Origin: Macrostomum lignano
Taxonomy: Eukaryota
NCBI GenBank assembly: GCA_002269645.1
Contig: NIVC01001089.1
Span: forward strand, 186,001-250,000
Direction: 5' to 3'
DNA length: 64,000 nt
The first letter of the stretch is position 1, and every line of letters begins with the position of its first letter. Positions 60,001-64,000 of this stretch are shown in pieces. Position numbers and translations under genes: made by a program. A model generated the notes under the pieces. It ran no database searches, had not been told where the DNA came from, and was given only the letters and a program-made list of their open reading frames with translations.

Positions 60001-61966
60001 CTGCTGCTTCCCTCTCCAACTCCTGCTGCTACCCTCCCCAACTCCTGCTGCTACCCTCCCCAACTCCTGCTGCTACCCTCCCCAACTCCTGCTGCTACCC
60101 TCCCAACTCCTGCTGCTACCCTCCCCAACTCCTGCTGCTTCCCTCTCCAACTCCTGCTGCTACCCTCCCCAACTCCTGCTGCTACCCTCCCCAACTCCTG
60201 CTGCTACCCTCCCCAACTCCTGCTGCTACCCTCCCCAACTCCTGCTGCTACCCTCCCCAACTCCTGCTGCTACCCTCTCCAACTCCTGCTGCTACCCTCT
60301 CCAACTCCTGCTGCTACCCTCCCCAACTCCTGCTGCTACCCTCCCCAACTCCTGCTGCTACCCTCCCCAACTCCTGCTGCTACCCTCCCCAACTCCTGCT
60401 GCTGCTACCCTCCCCAACTCCTGCTGCTACCCTCTCCAACTCCTGCTGCTACCCTCCCCAACTCCTGCTGCTACCCTCCCCAACTCCTGCTGCTACCCTC
60501 CCCAACTCCTGCTGCTACCCTCCCCAACTCCTGCTGCTGCTACCCTCCCCAACTCCTGCTGCTACCCTCCCCAACTCCTGCTGCTACCCTCCCCAACTCC
60601 TGCTGCTGCTACCCTCCCCAACTCCTGCTGCTACCCTCCCCAACTCCTGCTGCTGCTACCCTCCCCAACTCCTGCTGCTACCCTCTCCAACTCCTGCTGC
60701 TACCCTCCCCAACTCCTGCTGCTACCCTCCCCAACTCCTGCTGCTGCTACCCTCTCCAACTCCTGCTGCTACCCTCCCCAACTCCTGCTGCTACCCTCTC
60801 CAACTCCTGCTGCTACCCTCCCCAACTCCTGCTGCTACCCTCCCCAACTCCTGCTGCTACCCTCTCCAACTCCTGCTGCTACCCTCCCCAACTCCTGCTG
60901 CTACCCTCCCCAACTCCTGCTGCTGCTACCCTCTCCAACTCCTGCTGCTACCCTCCCCAACTCCTGCTGCTACCCTCCCCAACTCCTGCTGCGATTGCCA
61001 AGCTGCTACGCAAAAAAACAAATTTACCTGGCCAACAGTTTTATAGCTTCATCCTCCTCAGCATCATTCAGTTGTTCAGAGTCGCCAAACAAACACCTGG
61101 CGGCGCAGGCGGCAGCCATATTAGCTTCGCGTTCTTCGCCATAATCGTCCGCACAATTGCGCACCAGACTGCGGTACAATGCCAGCGATTCGTTAAACCG
61201 CTCGAGACGGTAAAGCACCTGGAGAAGCATCAAAAAGACGCTTAAGAATCATTTTTAGAAGCGTTTTTGAAACGACTCTAGGGCGACGGTATAACGACTC
61301 TGGGCCCGTAGAGTCGTAATTGAGGCGTGTTAGAGTCAATTTAGAGTTTCTGAATTGTGTTTGAAGTGCTCTAACTAGCCTACTGAGTTAGTAGGAAGTT
61401 AAGCGCCAACACAAACGATTATTGGACGAGTCATGTGACTCTTTTACGATTCTACAACTCACGCGAAACGCTTGTGACGCAACAGTCGCCTCTCCGTCGT
61501 ATTACAGTCGTTTTGAGTCGTTAAAAAGTGACAAGAGTTGCCTCAGAGTCACTAGAGTCACTAGTGAGTTGTTTGCAACCGACTTTTCAGCGATTCTTCT
61601 CATGGTAACGTTTTCAATGGGTAAGTCCCAAACCTCAGGGACTTGGACTTCCCTCATCATTAGCTGCAGCAGAACTCTAACAATGAATAAATCCCTATTA
61701 TTTTGAAAAATCAAACTGCTATTAAATACAGACCTGAGCACGCAGCTCCTGATCTCGAAGCGAATCGCAATTCTCTAAACTGGCCAGAGCCTCGGCTAGT
61801 CGATTGAGCCGGTACTCGCAATAGGCGCGCTCGAATTTCTGTTCGACGCCGAATTTACTACGACTCGGCTTGAGGTGGTGAAGACAGTCCTCGAACTTGC
61901 CCAGATGGATTAGTGCGGCCGTTTTGCATTGGAATGCTTTCTGCTCGTCTGGAGACTCTGATAGAA
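54072..61966 (-). CDS. SRP72: Signal recognition particle subunit SRP72, 5'-partial. Exons 61966-61734, 61218-61028, 59427-59244, 58580-58325, 57964-57529, 57262-56972, 54477-54072
   Basis: FERAYCEYRLNR, QVLYRLERF...DDYGEER, LYNVACALIG, ANNLVCANRDQNLFDSKKR, and the SRP-RNA-binding KKKKKKGKLPKNFDP...PDTERWLPRRERSYYRGKKK with a C-terminal KKKKARGGRW*. All introns are in phase. The first coding exon (phase 1) was not found up to 64000. Confidence 0.93.
54530..56945. repeat. Minisatellite, 20-22-bp units in higher-order patterns (about 118 units) in the last SRP72 intron
   Basis: Units tggcgctaaagttgagatac, tggcgcataatttgagttac and tggcgcgttaaagttgagatac. Confidence 0.95.
57385..57505. repeat. 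Four units of the 31/28-bp minisatellite of 20620-23045, inverted, in an SRP72 intron
   Basis: Reverse complement reads ctcccagatcctcagttgctgggctgccagc. Confidence 0.9.
58080..58250. repeat. Minisatellite, 20-bp unit in an SRP72 intron
   Basis: Unit ctaagagacacagggtcctg. Confidence 0.92.
58635..59065. repeat. Minisatellite, 26/28-bp unit in an SRP72 intron
   Basis: Unit ctcaggattgtcaggacaccaggggt. Confidence 0.93.
59482..60990. repeat. Minisatellite, 21-25-bp unit in an SRP72 intron
   Basis: Unit ctgctgctaccctccccaactc. Confidence 0.95.
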
Positions 61967-64000
61967 CTGGGGGTGTGACAAGCATTCAAATAATGTCTGG
62001 CGATCTTGTTAAAAAAGTTATTTCGTCAATCTAAAGTATCTTAAATTGAAAAAACAACTTGATTTTGAAATTAGTTTTGCCCATTCAGTTTTGCAGATGC
62101 TTTTGAATAAATTGAGAAATTTTTCTACTTACAATAAACAAATTTATTTGTGAATTTATTATGAATAACATTTTATAATAAGTCTTAACTGACATTTTAA
62201 TCTAGGTTTTTTGCTAGCACAAATATACAAAATCACACCCAAGGTTCAATTTTAGGATGTGACTTGGAAAGTCATAAGATACTATATGTATAATATATAA
62301 GATCCATATTACATAAAAAAGAAAAAAACAAAAAATGAGTTTCTTCATTGGCACTAAGATGCAATATTGCATGTAAGGTCCAATTTAAAGGTACAATTTT
62401 GAAAGTCTATATGCTATACAGTATCCCAATTGCACAAAAAATAACCCTAGATTTTAATGCTTTTTTTATAGTTTATGAGTATGTAGTTTTCAAACATTAG
62501 GTAATAAAAATAGAACATAAATAGCATAGATTAGTTTAATTTAATAATTTAATAATTAATAATCAAATTTAATACAAACCTGATTTCTACGTTTTTTTAC
62601 AAGGTAAAGGTTTAAAATTTTAACAAAAAATGTACAATTTTTGTTTTTGTTCTTTGTATGTATGAAATGTTATATAAATACCATAGTCAGGAAAAATATG
62701 TACACAAGAAATTTCTGGGGTATACTTAAGAAATTTGGTATATAGGTTGGCATACAAAAATTGATTTTGGGCTTTTGGTATACACATTTAATGTTTTGGT
62801 GTGCGACATACACCAAAAATTAAGAAAATATGTTATCAATAATTTACAATAGTTGTACATGCATTATAATTGTAAAATTTGATAACTATTTAATACAAAA
62901 CTGATTTCCATGTTTTTTATAAGGCAACAACTTAAATTTTAACTAAAAATTCACAAAATTTGTTTTTATTATATATATCAAACAGTATACAAAAATAATT
63001 ATTTTTAGCATATATCTTTGTCTAATTAAAATTAAATATCAAAATCCCTAGACTAGTAATAATGTTTCAAAATTTATAATTTAGAGCTTTGCATAAGGTA
63101 ATGTATTTGGATAGCTTTTTTCCAGGGTATATATAAAGTGTTCCAAACTATGTATGGTCTGATACTAGATTCTAATGAATACTATGTCATTGGCATTTGC
63201 TTGCCTATGATAGATATACTTTAATAATAATTATTATTATTATTTGCTTTTCAATATACCTAAAATTAAACATGCAATTTTAAGAGTATATTAAAAGTTA
63301 TCATGATAGAACTACTCATTTATAATTTAATACCAATAATTTTTAGTGATAATTGTCATTGATATTTATGACTAGCTTAGGCTCTAATAAGGACAAAGAA
63401 ATATTTGCATAAAATTGATCAAAGCTATTCAATATAGATAAAAAACAATAAAATAGTTGTCTAATCTAGTGCATTAATCACTTTGTTATCAAGTGTAATA
63501 ATTGTTTTAAATTGTATGATTTAAATCCATAATGAAAAAAAAAGTTTACACTATAAAGATTTGAACCCTAGCCATTGTATTAGCACTCCAATCTATTGAG
63601 GTCTAGGCTAGCTCTCATTGAATTAATAAAGGAAATGCTTATTCCCACAGTCCCATGCCGATAATTCCAATTTTATCCATATGGATAAAATAATTTCCAG
63701 CTTATCACTACAAAAAAGTCAATAATTTCTAGCTTATCCCCACGGTAGCTTATTGAAATAGCTGCCACCATTCAAGTCTATAAGCCATATGAATAATTCC
63801 AATTTTATCCATATGGATCCATGTCAATAATTTCTAGCTCACCTCATGGCAGCTTTTTGGAATAAAGAACCTTAAAATGAATCTGTTCAAAAACCTTATT
63901 TTTGTTTTTGCTGTTTTACAAATCTTCCAAATAAACTACATATACTGAATATTGAATAATATTGAGTACTTTGTTAAAAATTTTTGTTATTGAAAGGGTT

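Noticed and set aside
59432-61144. 570-aa and 521-aa plus-strand ORFs
   Set aside because: They are antisense read-through of an intronic 22-bp array of SRP72.
61422-61741. ORFs of 94 and 79 aa within SRP72 intron
   Set aside because: Intronic, no homology recognised.
62570-63000. Degenerate AT-rich direct repeat with a period of about 310 bp
   Set aside because: Old local duplication with no termini or coding potential.
63560-63612. Possible degenerate Pol III A/B boxes on the minus strand
   Set aside because: Too decayed, with no SINE body or tail adjacent.
63844-63850. ATG AG|GTGAG on the minus strand as the missing SRP72 first exon
   Set aside because: It is phase 2 whereas the next exon needs phase 1, and it lies in a degenerate duplication (63660-63860).

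Overview
Eukaryotic (invertebrate animal) genomic DNA, not prokaryotic. GC-rich exons with poly-Ala/Gln/Ser runs sit in AT-rich, repeat-dense non-coding DNA; the style resembles flatworm genomes such as Macrostomum (inference only). Seven spliced or single-exon protein-coding genes can be reconstructed with GT-AG introns in consistent reading phase: Rab1 (-), GALK2 N-acetylgalactosamine kinase (+), a GLRX2-like glutaredoxin (+), a highly divergent ETS-domain transcription factor (+), a Meis/homothorax TALE homeobox gene (-), a USP36-like deubiquitinase (-) and SRP72 (-; its first coding exon was not found in the window). Roughly 20 kb (about 30%) is minisatellite, and most introns carry their own private array. 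Mobile DNA includes four copies of a tRNA-derived, CORE-like SINE, many hAT-type MITEs (several with clean 8-bp target-site duplications, some nested), a 4.4-kb foldback-like inverted repeat and a 500-bp palindrome. No transposase, reverse transcriptase, CRISPR array, rRNA or bona fide tRNA gene was found. I cannot claim a new biological system. The best leads are the divergent ETS protein, the one-private-minisatellite-per-intron architecture, the foldback element and a predicted dual-targeted glutaredoxin.
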